Assembly: GCA_963693365.1 (NCBI GenBank) | Contig: CAVNZM010000010.1 | Span: 4,648,159-4,712,158 of the forward strand | Direction: 5' to 3' | DNA length: 64,000 nucleotides | DNA from: Amoebidium appalachense | Taxonomy: Eukaryota; Protista; Ichthyosporea | Shown: positions 1-11,030 of the stretch, piece after piece | Layout of the letters: the number at the start of each line of letters is the position of its first letter | How positions within the stretch are numbered: the stretch's first letter is position 1 | Made by a program: the position numbers and the translations under genes | The notes under the pieces: model-generated | Seen by the model: the letters and a program-made list of their open reading frames with translations, nothing else | Told to the model about the DNA's origin: nothing | Databases searched by the model: none

Positions 1-59
1 AGGGAGAGGGGGAAAAGGAAATTTTATAGGACTCGGAAGACGAAGGCGAACAGGCCAGC

Positions 60-229
60 GTGAAAAAAGAAGTGGGGGGGGAGGGGGGGTGTGCGGGGGT
101 GCGGGCGGTTGGATGGGGGGAGGGAGGGAGAGAGAGAGAAAAAGAGAGAGAGAGAGAGAGAGAGAAAGGAAGAAACAGGGGGGGGGGGGGGGGGGGTAGA
201 GAGGGAGAGTGTGTGTGCGGGAGTAGAGA

Positions 230-275
<46 letters not shown>

Positions 276-355
276 AGAGAGAGAGAGGGGAGAGAGAGAG
301 AGGGAGAGAGAGAGAGGGAGGGGGGGGGAGAGGGAGAGGGAGAGGGGGGGGGGGG

Positions 356-397
<42 letters not shown>

Positions 398-867
398 AAG
401 AGAAGGAGGGAGGGAGGGAGAGAGAGATAGACAGAGAGAAGGAGAGGGAAAGAGAGAGAAAGAGAAGAAGGGAGGGAGAGAGGGGGGGGGGGAGAGAGAG
501 AGGGAGGGAGGGAGAGAGGGAGAGAGAGAGAGGGAGGGGGAGAGAGAGAGAGAGGAGGCGGGGGACAGAGAGAGAGAGAGAGAGAGAAGAGGAAGGGAGC
601 GAGAGGGAGGGAGAGAGAAAGAGAGGCAGAGAAGGTAGGGGGGAGGGGGAGAGAGAGGGGAGGGGGAGAGGAGAGAGAGAGAGAGAGAGAGAAGAGAGAG
701 AGACCCGGAGTAGATGTTGGTGGGGGGGGGGGGGGGGGGGGGGGAGAGAGCAGGTGAAGGTGAAGTAAGAGGGATGGAAGTAGAGGCTTCTATAGATGTA
801 TATGTGTAAATTCCGTGTGTGTCTGTGTGGACATGCGACGTGTGTGTGCGCGGGTTTGTACCTACGT

Positions 868-912
<45 letters not shown>

Positions 913-920
913 CGCGCACT
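60..920. repeat. Low-complexity (GA)n / poly-G tract followed by (TG)n microsatellite
   Basis: Purine-only GA/G repeats directly visible at 60-750 and (TG)n at 872-904. The overlapping ORFs are repeat translations. Confidence 0.95.
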
Positions 921-1387
921 CACGAGTCTTCGTCTGTGTTTGTCGCACGTGTGTGCGTGGGTGCATGCATGCATGACACGAGACCGGGGAGCAAAACAAT
1001 GCAACAGAAGGTTAATTGCAGCAACTATCATCTTTGGACATCATCCACTTTAAAAATGGACATTGTTTATTTTGAAAACCGAGGTTGTCCTTACTCACTT
1101 TAGGGTGTTCACAAAGCTCACTCCCTCGTTTGAGAGCATCTGTTAAACCATAGCCGCTCCTAAGGGCAATTTTCGCGCGTTAAAAGTCAGAAAATATAAT
1201 TCTATCGGAACAAGTTAAAACAGTCAGAAACACTCTACTATCATAAGTATTCCAAGACATTCACGTTACGCACACAGCAATGCATTGCCACATTTAATAA
1301 ACTGAAAACACCATTCGGCAGCCATACATATGCACACAGATACTGAAATGGTCGTTACGAAAAAACGGATTCAAAATACGGCAAAAA

Positions 1388-3091
1388 TCAGAACCGCGTA
1401 TCATTCCTGTTGACTGAAGTCTTCTTTCGGGCCAGGCCAGGGACAAAGTCCTCAAACAGCTTGTCGATGTCTTCAAGCGCCACGCCGGCAGTTTCCGGAA
1501 CACAAACATACACAAACGCTGTCATTGTCACAATCCAACACGTGAAAAACACGAAAGTTCCCCACAAATTAAAGACGTTTTCGCGGTAAAGGAACGGGGT
1601 CACCTTGCCCACCACCGCGGCCATCGCCCAGTTTGTAGCAGTCGACACAGTCATGCCCTTCCCGCGCATGTTCTGCGGGAAAATCTCCGAGCACAGAACC
1701 CACACAACGGGGCCCCAGCTGTAGGCAAAACTGGCGACGAAAATAACGGCAAAGACAATAACGAGAATTCCGACGGTAAGGCTGTTTTTGTAGTCGAACG
1801 CGGGCGAAGCCAAGATCGCGCACCCGGCAGTACCTATCGCCATACCGATGCCGCCAGTAAGAAGAAGGGTGATGCGACCCGTACGCTCAATCAAGTAGAT
1901 GCAGATGAACGTAGAAAGGAAGTTGAAGGTGGTGAGTGCAAGATTTGCCCACAGAGCGCTGGTCTCGTCGAAGAAAGTGTTGAATATGTCAGGGGCGAAA
2001 AACATGATTGCGTTGATACCCGTAAGCTGTTGGAAGAACTGAAGAAGCGCGCCGACAATAATGCGGTAGCGCATGTTGTTGCGCGGCGACAAAGCCTCCA
2101 ACCAAGTACCCTCCCCGATGGTGCGGTCGGCCTCTACATTTGCCGTAATCGCCTGCACCTCGGGCTCAACCTCATCGGCATAGCGAATGCGCTGAAGGCA
2201 CGTGCGCGCCTCGTCGTACCTTCCCTGCTGCACCAACCACCGGGGAGACTCAGGCAACAACATCATAGCGAAGAACATAATGATTGCAAAGATGATGTTG
2301 CCACCGTATGAAATGCGCCAGCCAGGACCCCAGTGTTTGAGCCCGACGTTTGCCGCCGCGGCCAAGACGATACCAAAGGTGATACATAGCTGCTGAAGCG
2401 TCACCAGAACGCCGCGCACGTGTTCAGGGGCCATCTCTGATTGGTACATTGTCACGGCCATGCTGAGTGTGCCGATGGCGATACCACCAATAAACCTACC
2501 GGCGTACATCACCCCGACGTTGGGTGGGAAAATCTGCATCAGCACGCCCACTGTGAAGATGAGGTCGTTGAGAATTAGCGTGCGCTTGCGGCCCAACTTG
2601 TCCGCCTGTGTGCCGGAAGTGAGTGCACCGCAGAAGCAGCCGAGGGTGAAGAGGAAGGAGATCCACCCCTGTTCGTCGGACACCCACGATGGGTTGTACT
2701 CCCACGAATCCTCCACACAATGTGTCATAACAGTGCCGTTATGTACTGTTCCGGTGGCAATACAATCGGGCTCTGCAGTGTCGCAGCCGAAACGCATGCA
2801 GTAGTCGATGTCGGATGTGGGCACCGGACCCAAAGGGCAGCACTTTGCAGGGGGCCAACCAAAGTGTTTGCGGAAAGAGGGCATGACCAGGGTACCTCCG
2901 GAGCCGCCAATGTCGTAGCCAAAGAGAAGGCCGCCAAACGCGGCCATTACGGCAACCACCACAACGAAAATCTTGATGGGCCGTTGTGTGCCGGTGCTGC
3001 CTTTGGGTCTCCCTGCACCCATGTCGACACTCATCACGGCCGAAGCGGCCTGTGTTTCGCCCTTTTTCTCCATCGGTATTGAGGAATCCAT
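1388..3091 (-). CDS. Sugar porter family MFS transporter (hexose/H+ symporter-like), intronless, ~567 aa
   Basis: Uninterrupted ORF with sugar-porter signatures GGLLFGYDIG, ADKLGRK, YQSEMAP..RG, PESPRWL, QQLTGINAIMFF, IERTGR, SWGPVVW..SEIFP...RG and VPETAG. Start set at ATG 3091 (MDSSIP) because the 74 upstream codons are AT-rich and span the TATA box. Confidence 0.95.
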   Translation of the reverse strand: MDSSIPMEKKGETQAASAVMSVDMGAGRPKGSTGTQRPIKIFVVVVAVMAAFGGLLFGYDIGGSGGTLVMPSFRKHFGWPPAKCCPLGPVPTSDIDYCMRFGCDTAEPDCIATGTVHNGTVMTHCVEDSWEYNPSWVSDEQGWISFLFTLGCFCGALTSGTQADKLGRKRTLILNDLIFTVGVLMQIFPPNVGVMYAGRFIGGIAIGTLSMAVTMYQSEMAPEHVRGVLVTLQQLCITFGIVLAAAANVGLKHWGPGWRISYGGNIIFAIIMFFAMMLLPESPRWLVQQGRYDEARTCLQRIRYADEVEPEVQAITANVEADRTIGEGTWLEALSPRNNMRYRIIVGALLQFFQQLTGINAIMFFAPDIFNTFFDETSALWANLALTTFNFLSTFICIYLIERTGRITLLLTGGIGMAIGTAGCAILASPAFDYKNSLTVGILVIVFAVIFVASFAYSWGPVVWVLCSEIFPQNMRGKGMTVSTATNWAMAAVVGKVTPFLYRENVFNLWGTFVFFTCWIVTMTAFVYVCVPETAGVALEDIDKLFEDFVPGLARKKTSVNRNDTRF

Positions 3092-3233
3092 GATGTTATT
3101 AGCCTTGTTGGCTTGTTTTAAATAATAAAGGTTTGTTTTGAAGTATGTATGCGTGAGATGTTTGTGTGTCCAGTTGCTTGTGTTTGTGTATTGAATCGCT
3201 GTGAACGATGCAAGACTGAGGGCGAGACTCTTC

Positions 3234-3241
3234 TTTATATA
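3234..3241 (-). promoter_or_regulatory. TATA box of the sugar transporter
   Basis: TATATAAA on the minus strand ~145 bp upstream of the ATG, with CCAAT motifs at ~3275 and ~3310. Confidence 0.6.
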
Positions 3242-3330
3242 CCCCAAGCTGGTCGATTCTTGGAGCGGCATCCACCAATCAAACGGGTTCACTGCACTCT
3301 GAATGTATGCCAATCGGAACGTTGCAAAGC

Positions 3331-3756
3331 CTGGGGCGGTCTGGTCTGGTCAGCCCGTTCCAGCCCGAAAAACTTTCGGGTTGGGCTGACCAGACCAACC
3401 CGAAATATTAAATATTTCGGGTTGGGCTAGGGCGATTGGGCTGGCACGGGCTATGATCTGGCCTGCCCCTAGCAGCAACAGAGTATATTTTGCTATGTGT
3501 GACTTGGAAAACCTCGAGCAGGTTCAGTTCTTGTAAGTTTATGTGGGTGGATGTGGGCTGGGTTGGTCCCGGATCCCGCATATCATCCACGGAGTGTGCC
3601 GCCCACAGTTCATTTTGCGCAAACAGGTTAGCTATATATGGTTATACAATAGCTATATTTGGTAGTACCTGTCAGCCCAACCCAGCCCATCTCTAGCCCG
3701 AAAAAGATTCGGGTTGGGCTGACCAGACCAGACCAACCCGAAACCTTCCGCCCCTC
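3331..3756. mobile_element. MITE-like non-autonomous DNA element (hAT-like termini)
   Basis: GGGGCGG (3333-3339) pairs with CCGCCCC (3748-3754). Perfect 19-bp inverted repeat GGTCTGGTCTGGTCAGCCC (3338-3356) versus 3716-3734. Many internal AACCCGA/GGGCTG sub-repeats and no ORF. No TSD seen. Confidence 0.7.
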
Positions 3757-3951
3757 TGCTGCTTAAAAAAGAACAATCGCCAGGTTTTGACACAGTCTGA
3801 TTGGGTGGTTCTTTACGCTCTTTGATTGGTGCAATTCTCCTATTGGCGAACAACGCACCACCCTGGATTTTTCTAGGCTCGACTCAGACCGTACGGAAAA
3901 AACCTGAACAAAGCCTTTTGAAGAGGAACATAAGAGAAAAGCATTACCAAA

Positions 3952-4336
3952 GAGAAAAAATCACCACATTAATGATTAATGCCTTTTTTTCATATAATTT
4001 CGTATATATCACTATAGTTAGCTGTTGCACGAGTGCATTCGAACTCTTGCTTTCGAAGTAAAATTGCCGCCGCGCATACCGGCCAGCCATCGGAAAGTGA
4101 GCACAGGGAGAAATCGAATTTGGGTGGTTCAAAGTGTGTTCAGAGGGCCGTGGAGAAAAATTCACCACATTAATAACTAATGCCTTTTTTGCATATACTT
4201 TCGTATATATCACTATAGTTAGCTGTTGCACGAGTGCATTCGAACTCTTGCTTTCGAAGTAAAATTGCCGCCGCGCCGGCCAGCCATCGGAAAGTGAGCA
4301 CAGCACAGGGAGAAATCGAACTTGGGTGGTTCAAAG
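3952..4336. repeat. ~200-bp near-identical tandem duplication (2 copies)
   Basis: 3952-4134 and 4153-4336 share long identical stretches such as TTTCGTATATATCACTATAGTTAGCTGTTGCACGAGTGCATTCGAACTCTTGCTTTCGAAGTAAAATTGCCGCCGCGC. Confidence 0.95.
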
Positions 4337-4684
4337 CCACGATGGTCATCTCATCTGCCAATCTGCTTTGGAAGCAGCGAACGGAGGCTCGGAGCTCGAG
4401 AAATCAGTTACCCAGTGCTTTCTTCCGCCTTCTTTCATATAACCGTTGCAACGTTGGGTGAGACCGTGTGAGATATTCGCTGGGAAGAACAATATTATTT
4501 CAAGTTATGGTGCCCACCAAATTTCCGTCCAGCTTCCCCCCTGTAGCTACTTGCGCAAAATGACAAGCAAGGCAATGTATCCGGCCATATATACAGGTTG
4601 TGTAGTTGTGTTGCTGCTTTGCTGCAATGGTGGTGGTGGTGGGGGCTGCAAGTGACGTTGTTGTTGGGGAAGGGGGGCAGAGAA

Positions 4685-4721
<37 letters not shown>

Positions 4722-4876
4722 TTTTCATGATCACTGCCCTAAAGAACCGAAGGATGGGTTTGGTGGTGGTGGTGGTGGGGAGGAGGGGGGAGGGGGGAGG
4801 GGGGGGGGGGGGGAGGGGGGGAGAGATTTGGGTGGGGGGAGGGGGGGGGGGGGGGGGGGGGCAACCACATCGGCTT

Positions 4877-5064
4877 AGTCAACTTGCCCCGAGCAGAATA
4901 TTTCTGTTATAAAAGGAGAAATGTTCAGCAAAAAGCAGAATTATTCTGCTATGAACAGAATTATTCCGCCATAAACAGAATAACCCAGCTAAAAGCAGAG
5001 TGATTCTGCTTTTTGCCGAATAATTCCGCTTTTGCAGAATAATTTGGCCTTTTGCAAGTTGACT
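4877..5064. mobile_element. Small MITE-like element with 11-bp TIR and internal CAGAAT(T)ATTC sub-repeats
   Basis: AGTCAACTTGC (4877-4887) is the reverse complement of GCAAGTTGACT (5054-5064). About 7 degenerate CAGAATTATTC units lie inside at ~20-bp spacing. No TSD seen. Confidence 0.6.
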
Positions 5065-5888
5065 CTAGCTAGAGTTGGCAGAGTTGGCAACGACATTGGC
5101 AGATCTGCCAATCCGGTTGGGCCCTGTTGGGGGAGGCGGGGGGATAGTGGTTTGCCTGCCATGATGACTTATATTGGTACGGAAGAAGAGCCTACCTTGG
5201 TCCAGGTAAAGTAATCGTAGACCGTATTTTACGATGCCACATTTTCTATTGCTCCCAGGACGACAGTATGTTCCGAGCCTGAAGCGTAGCCACTCACATG
5301 CACCGGTATTCTCGCCATTATGATGGCCAAAACTCCCCCTGCATTAAAAATTGTCTGGGTTTTTTGTTTTTCAAATTGTTTAGTCCGTTTTACGATCATC
5401 CTATTTCATACCGCCACGCCACCTGTTTAGGGTCGATGGGCTGTTCCACTGAAACATGCACTCTCCGTGAAAACTAAAAACACATGTGCACATGCACACG
5501 CAGCACATGTACACCCTCATACACGCAGCCTTTATGTATTTGTCTACACTTGCGCCCATGCATATACAAGCAAACACGGTTTGCTCGTTTTATCCGTGCC
5601 TCTTTATCATGGTTATGATGTTAGACACACTGCGAGAGCCGATATCAAAAAAAAAAAATGCTAATATGAACTTCGTTGTTACCGAAGATCTTTTTTATCA
5701 CTATCTATCTATCAGTAGGAATTGGATGGGGAAAAAAAAGAGGGAAAAAAGAAAGAAAGAAAGAAAGAGAAAAAAAACCCAATATTAGCTGCATGTAGTA
5801 ATAAGGTAGTACCGATCTTTTAGTAATATATGTATATTAAACTTGGGACTCAACCCCTCGTCTATTAGTTTAGTAGTTAGTCCCCCCC

Positions 5889-5930
<42 letters not shown>

Positions 5931-6076
5931 AGGGTAAGAAAGAAAGGAAAGAAAAGAAAAAGAAAAGAACCACACACTCTCACTCACACGGGGTACGCTT
6001 GCGTGCCCCCCTCCCTCCCCTCCCCCCCCCCCCCCCCCCCCCCCTCTCTCTCTCTCTCTCCTCTCCCCCCCCCACC

Positions 6077-6178
<102 letters not shown>

Positions 6179-6680
6179 TCCCTCTCTCTCTCTCCACCAG
6201 TTGATGAGATTTTGATGGGAGTTTAGGGGATTCCTTGACTTAATAATAGATAGAGCAAAGATTTGCAGCCGACTTCTGGGCAATCAAAATATTGTCAATA
6301 TGAAGTGTGCATGTGGGCCTCATGTCCATTATTTGTGAACTAAGGCTCGGCCGAGTTAAGTGCGCACATTTGCATGCGAGCATGCATATCCATATATGCA
6401 AACGTGCACTTACTGTTGAATTTAATTTTTAATTTGTTGTTTTTTTGTTTTTTTTTCTTTGGGGGGGGGAAGGGGGGGTGGGTAGAGAGAGAGAGGGGGG
6501 GGGGGGGGGGGGAGCTTAGAGGTCCCTCGTGCACGTGGGAGCCGTCGTCTTCCACTAAGCACCGACTGCACCCTAGCTAATGTGACCTACATGTTGGGTG
6601 TGCACGGTGTTTTGTGTTTGTGTATGTCGCAATGGGCATGCATCAGTGTTCGTGTCTTGGTGTGAGCTCGAACGGTATGT

Positions 6681-6856
6681 GTATGCATGTTGCGTATGCA
6701 TGTTGCGTATGCATGTTGCGTATGCATGCTGCGTATGCATGTTGCATATGCATGCTGCGTATGCATGTTGCGTATGCATGTTGCGTATGCATGTTGCGTA
6801 TGCATGTTGCGTATGCATGCTGCGTATGCATGTTGCGTATGCATGTTGCGTATGCA
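6681..6856. repeat. 13-bp minisatellite (TATGCATGTTGCG)n, ~13 copies
   Basis: Directly visible tandem array with occasional T>C and G>A variants. Confidence 0.95.
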
Positions 6857-7547
6857 CGTCAGACACTTCACTTTTTCAGTAACTCTCATGCTAATCATGT
6901 GTGTGTCTCTGCATTCCGGTTTTTTTTTTTGTTTGGCAATGACATTGCTGCCGTACCAAATCAGTGCAGCTGTGCTTTCGGGCCGTGCAGACAAATTTGG
7001 TGGTGTCGCGGCTCAATGAGGGTGGTCATATTTAGGTTCATGTACATTTGGGGTGGGCGCGAGGTTACTGCAGTCAACATTATTCAAAAGTAGTATGTGG
7101 AGTTTTGGCTGGTGGTGGTTTCTCTTTTCTCTCTTTCCTTGTTTCTTTCTTCTTTTCTTCCTTTTTTTTTTTTTTTTTTTGTTTGGGGGGGGGGGGGGGG
7201 GGGGGGGGGGGGAGGGGGAGGGGGCCTGTTCAACATTCACTGGGAAAGAGAACTAGAGCCACTGAAATTTCTAGCCTTTGGCTCCGATAGGTGCATGTTT
7301 ATAGGCAACAAAGCACAAAAGCCGTGGGCACCCCTGATGTTGATTGTGACTTTTTGTGTTTGTCCGTCGGTGGGTGGGCAGGTGGGTGGATGGGGGGGAG
7401 AAGGGGCGGTAGGCAGGGGGGGATATCCGGAGAGAATTATTAGCGGGGAGTTGTACCGAAAAATGAAAAAAAAAATAGATGCACCCTTTGAAGTTCCTTT
7501 TTTCTGAAGCTTGTGCAGCGTTTGTGTGCTTCTGTTTGGCAGGGGGA

Positions 7548-7581
<34 letters not shown>

Positions 7582-8096
7582 GGGGGAGCAGGGAAGGTGG
7601 GAGTCATTGATCGAAAAACACAAGCAGAGTATTTCCTTTTTTTTTTCTTTTCCCTTTTTTGAGGGGGGAGGGAGGCCGGGTGTGTCGGCATATTTTCGCA
7701 GGGGGGATAAGGGAAGGGGAGGGACGCACGGTCGTCATTGAATTTCACTGCCTGCTGGCTGCTTCGTTCGAAGGAAGAGTGATTTGTTTTTACTTGAGCA
7801 TACAGTAATGATTGATAACTTTTCGCTCACACATATGTAACACTATGTAATACAATGCCCGGGTGCACAAATGAACAAAGGTTAGTGGTGTGGTCGCTAT
7901 CCGATGAACACCTACAGTACAGGAGAAGTAACATCACACCATCACCTGCAGAACTTCAGTGTAGCCCCACGCCATGGAGACACATTTCCTCTACCATGTC
8001 CTATACATTTTACCAGACATTTCCTCCTAAAAACACCCACCAAGGGTAGCCTAAATCTCAGCAATCAAAAACACAGTGTAACCTAAAAACCACGTC

Positions 8097-9205
8097 TCAT
8101 TCCTCGACACCGGCAGGGTAGACGGTGACGTGCAGGTTGGCGACGGTCTTTTTGCGCCACAGCAGACCGTGGTGGACCAGGGTCACAGACACCTCGTGCC
8201 CCTGGATTTTTTTGGGGGTTATTTTTCGTGTGCGCGAGGACGGGTGTGTTTTATGTGGTGTAAAAAAAGAAAAAGAAGAGGGGGGGAGGGGGGGGGAGGA
8301 GAAGGGGGGGGGGGGGGAGGGGGGAGGTGATGGAGATGTGTGGGGGTGTACATGCGTAAAGGGAGAGTGGGAGGGGGGGGGGGGGGGGGGGGGGGTGTTG
8401 ATGGATGTGTGTTGGTGCGTGCATGCGTAGAGACGGGGGAGGGCGGAGGGGGGCAAGGGGGGGGGGGGGGGGGGGGGGGGGAGTTGAAAGATGTCAACAT
8501 TAGTGTATTAGACGGTTTTGGCGAGATATACTCCCCCCTTCCCCCCCCCTCTCCCCCCCCTTCTCCCTCCCCCCCCGAGGGTCACCGCCCCGGTACCTCC
8601 CACATCTGGAACAACCGCCAACTCCCAAGAGGCATACAAGAAGCACTCCCAGCACCAGTGTAGCTTCATATAAAATAGATCACAACCAAAGCTTTGCTCT
8701 TATACACATGCACGTCCCGTCTAACCTTCTATCTTTCTCCCCAAAAAACGGCGAAAAGGAAAGGGCCGTGTGCCGCCGTGATATGGGGCAGGGGAGGATT
8801 GGACAGGGGGGTTATGGGCGTGTATGGTTGTGTTAAAAGGGGGGGGGGGGGGGGGGGGGGGGGTTTGTGCATGTGTATCGGTTGTCAAAACTATATAGCA
8901 AATAAAAAATGGGGGAAGGGACATACAGTAGGGCTCTCGTTCATCTTTGACAGGTCGACCTTAGCGTGGCCAATCTTGTCATCGTGCATCGGGTCTCTGT
9001 CCTTGAGGGTCACGTGCAGATAGTGGTTGTGGGGGTTGACCACACGGAACACAAAGGTCTCGTTGTACAGGGGGTTAAGGCTGTTCTCTTTGACCGTGGT
9101 CTGTTGACGCTGCCCGTCGATCTGGTTTATGTAAGAACAGTGTGAGTCACGTGTGTGTGGATGTGTGGTGGGGGAGGTGGTGGTGGTGGTGGTGGTGGTG
9201 GTGGT

Positions 9206-9247
<42 letters not shown>

Positions 9248-9394
9248 GATAGTGTATGTGGATGTGGCCTTTTCTGTGTGATGGTGGTGGTGGTGGTTGT
9301 GTTGTTTCGAAATTCATCTTAAAACCAAATCAAATTTGATGTTTTGCTGCTGCTGCTTGTGGTGGTGGTGGTGGTGTTTTGGGAGGGGGAGGGT

Positions 9395-9426
<32 letters not shown>

Positions 9427-9985
9427 GGGGGGGGGGGGAGGGAGGGGAGGGAGGGAGGGAGGGAGGGAGGGAGGGAGGGAGGGAGGAGGGAGGGAAAGTT
9501 TGGGAAAGATGAAGCGCTCTTTTTCCTTGAGGAAAAAAAAACGAGTTGCACACACGGAAGCCACACCACACACCACACACACACACACACTTCCCACGCC
9601 GTACCTCCCCCCCTCCCCCCTCCCCCCCTCCCCCCTTCCCTCCCTCCCTCTCTCCCCAACACACAAATGTCCTGCACCCAGCCACCCACCCCGGTGACAC
9701 ACACACACGCAAACACACGCACACACCACTGTCCTATTTCCACCCACCCACCCACACCCACCCACCCACACACACGTTACGGTACACACACGCACACGCC
9801 TTGTTCTTTCACAAACACACCTCGAGCACGACGTAGGGGTCCGAGCGGCCCACAAAGTCATCGTCCTTGACCCCCGTCACATCGTCCACCCTCACCACCA
9901 CCTTTTGCGCAAGTTGCTGCCCGTGACCTGCAGGCACAGGCTGAACGGGCTGCACACCAGGAGCGTACATGTAGGGGGCGGCCAT
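8097..9985 (-). CDS. Small single C2-domain protein (154 aa), 3 exons
   Basis: Exons 9985-9821, 9121-8927 and 8201-8097, all phase 0 and GT-AG. Translation MAAPYMY...KVVVRVDDVTGVKDDDFVGRSDPYVVLE|IDGQRQQTTVKENSLNPLYNETFVF...VTLKDRDPMHDDKIG...|GHEVSVTL...VEE* has the C2 motifs SDPYV, NP.YNETF.F and D.D....D.IG with Ca2+-type Asp residues. Missed by the ORF track. Confidence 0.92.
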
Positions 9986-10934
9986 GTTGTTTCTCTTGGA
10001 AGTTGTAGTGTTTTTTTTTTTTGTTTGTTTGTTTGTTTGTTTTCTGTGCGCCGCGATAAGCTTGTGATTTTGTTGGTTTGTGTGAAGTCGTGGCGAGGTT
10101 TAATACTTGAATCAGGTGACAGGTCCGAGTGCTGACGCAATATTTGGGTTTTACAGGGTGACTAAGCAGGAACCAGGGAACGCACCGTGTGTGCTGAGTA
10201 TATAGGAAGTGAGCCCGCGTCATACTATGCCTGGGCGGCAGAGAAGAGATAGGCAGGTATCACACGTGTCAGCACCGGGACACCCGCCGGGGGATGCACT
10301 GTGCTTTTTCCGGAAGTTTCAACGTGTAACACCCCGTGACGTTCAGCATTGTATATCTGGGGCGTTACAAAGTACCGTACGACATTTACATACTGGCAGG
10401 TGTGTGACGCATTTGCACAACTTTCCGTGTGCCACACCTCAGACTGTACACATGTCACGTGCCAGGCAGCGCTGCCAGCCAAGATGCACCCGACGGCGTC
10501 AGCTTGTTGGCTCTGTGTCTGTGATGATTCACACGTACGTACGGTGTACATCCGTCATCACTCAGTCTGCGTGGCCGTGCTGATGTCTGTGTCGACGGCT
10601 GTACAGTGTCACAGACCCTCCCCTCCCCTCCCTCTCTCCCCTCCTCCCCTCCCCCCCCTCCCCCTCCCCCCCTCCCCCCCCCCCCCCCCACCCCACCCCA
10701 CCATGACCTCCGCCCCTTCGAATTCTCCGGATCCCCCCACCCCGCTTGTTAGGTTACTGTGTTAAATTGTTGACCAGGTTGATATGTTCAACGGTAAAAA
10801 TCAACCGCACGGTTTCAAACTAACCCCCCCCCTCCCATCGACCCATGGAGGGGGGGAAAGGGGGGGGGGGGGGGGGGGGGGGGGGGGGTAAAGTATTCAA
10901 GCAGAGATCACTGTCACTGCAATGAAGAATCCAC

Positions 10935-11030
10935 GCACGATCACACCGATTAGCCAAATATAGAAGTTTTGGCGGGAAGTTGTGGCGCGCAAAAAGAATT
11001 TTTTTATTAAACAACTAAAAATGTAGGAAT
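10935..11030 (+). repeat. Dispersed repeat copy 1 (homologous to reverse complement of 44405-44499)
   Basis: GATTAGCCAAATATAGAAGTTTTGGCGGGAAGTT here versus GATTAGCCAAATATAGAAATTTGGGCGGGAAGTT on the minus strand near 44450-44484, with similar flanks. Confidence 0.8.

Noticed and set aside
24-1031. 335-aa and overlapping ORFs, and all similar poly-P/G, HT, CV, ER and LS ORFs across the window
   Set aside because: They are translations of microsatellites and homopolymers with no domain content, and most lie inside introns.
3092-3313. 74-aa N-terminal extension of the transporter in the ORF track
   Set aside because: It starts at a non-ATG codon, is AT-rich and spans the TATA box, so it is more likely promoter and 5' UTR.
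4890-5050. Possible CRISPR-like array of short repeats
   Set aside because: Units are ~11 bp and degenerate with ~9-bp gaps, the context is eukaryotic and no cas genes are present. TIRs explain it better.
5161-5282. Possible two-exon mini-gene (MMTYIGTEEEPTLVQ|DDSMFRA*)
   Set aside because: Only 22 aa with no recognisable homology, and the splice-like sites may be chance.
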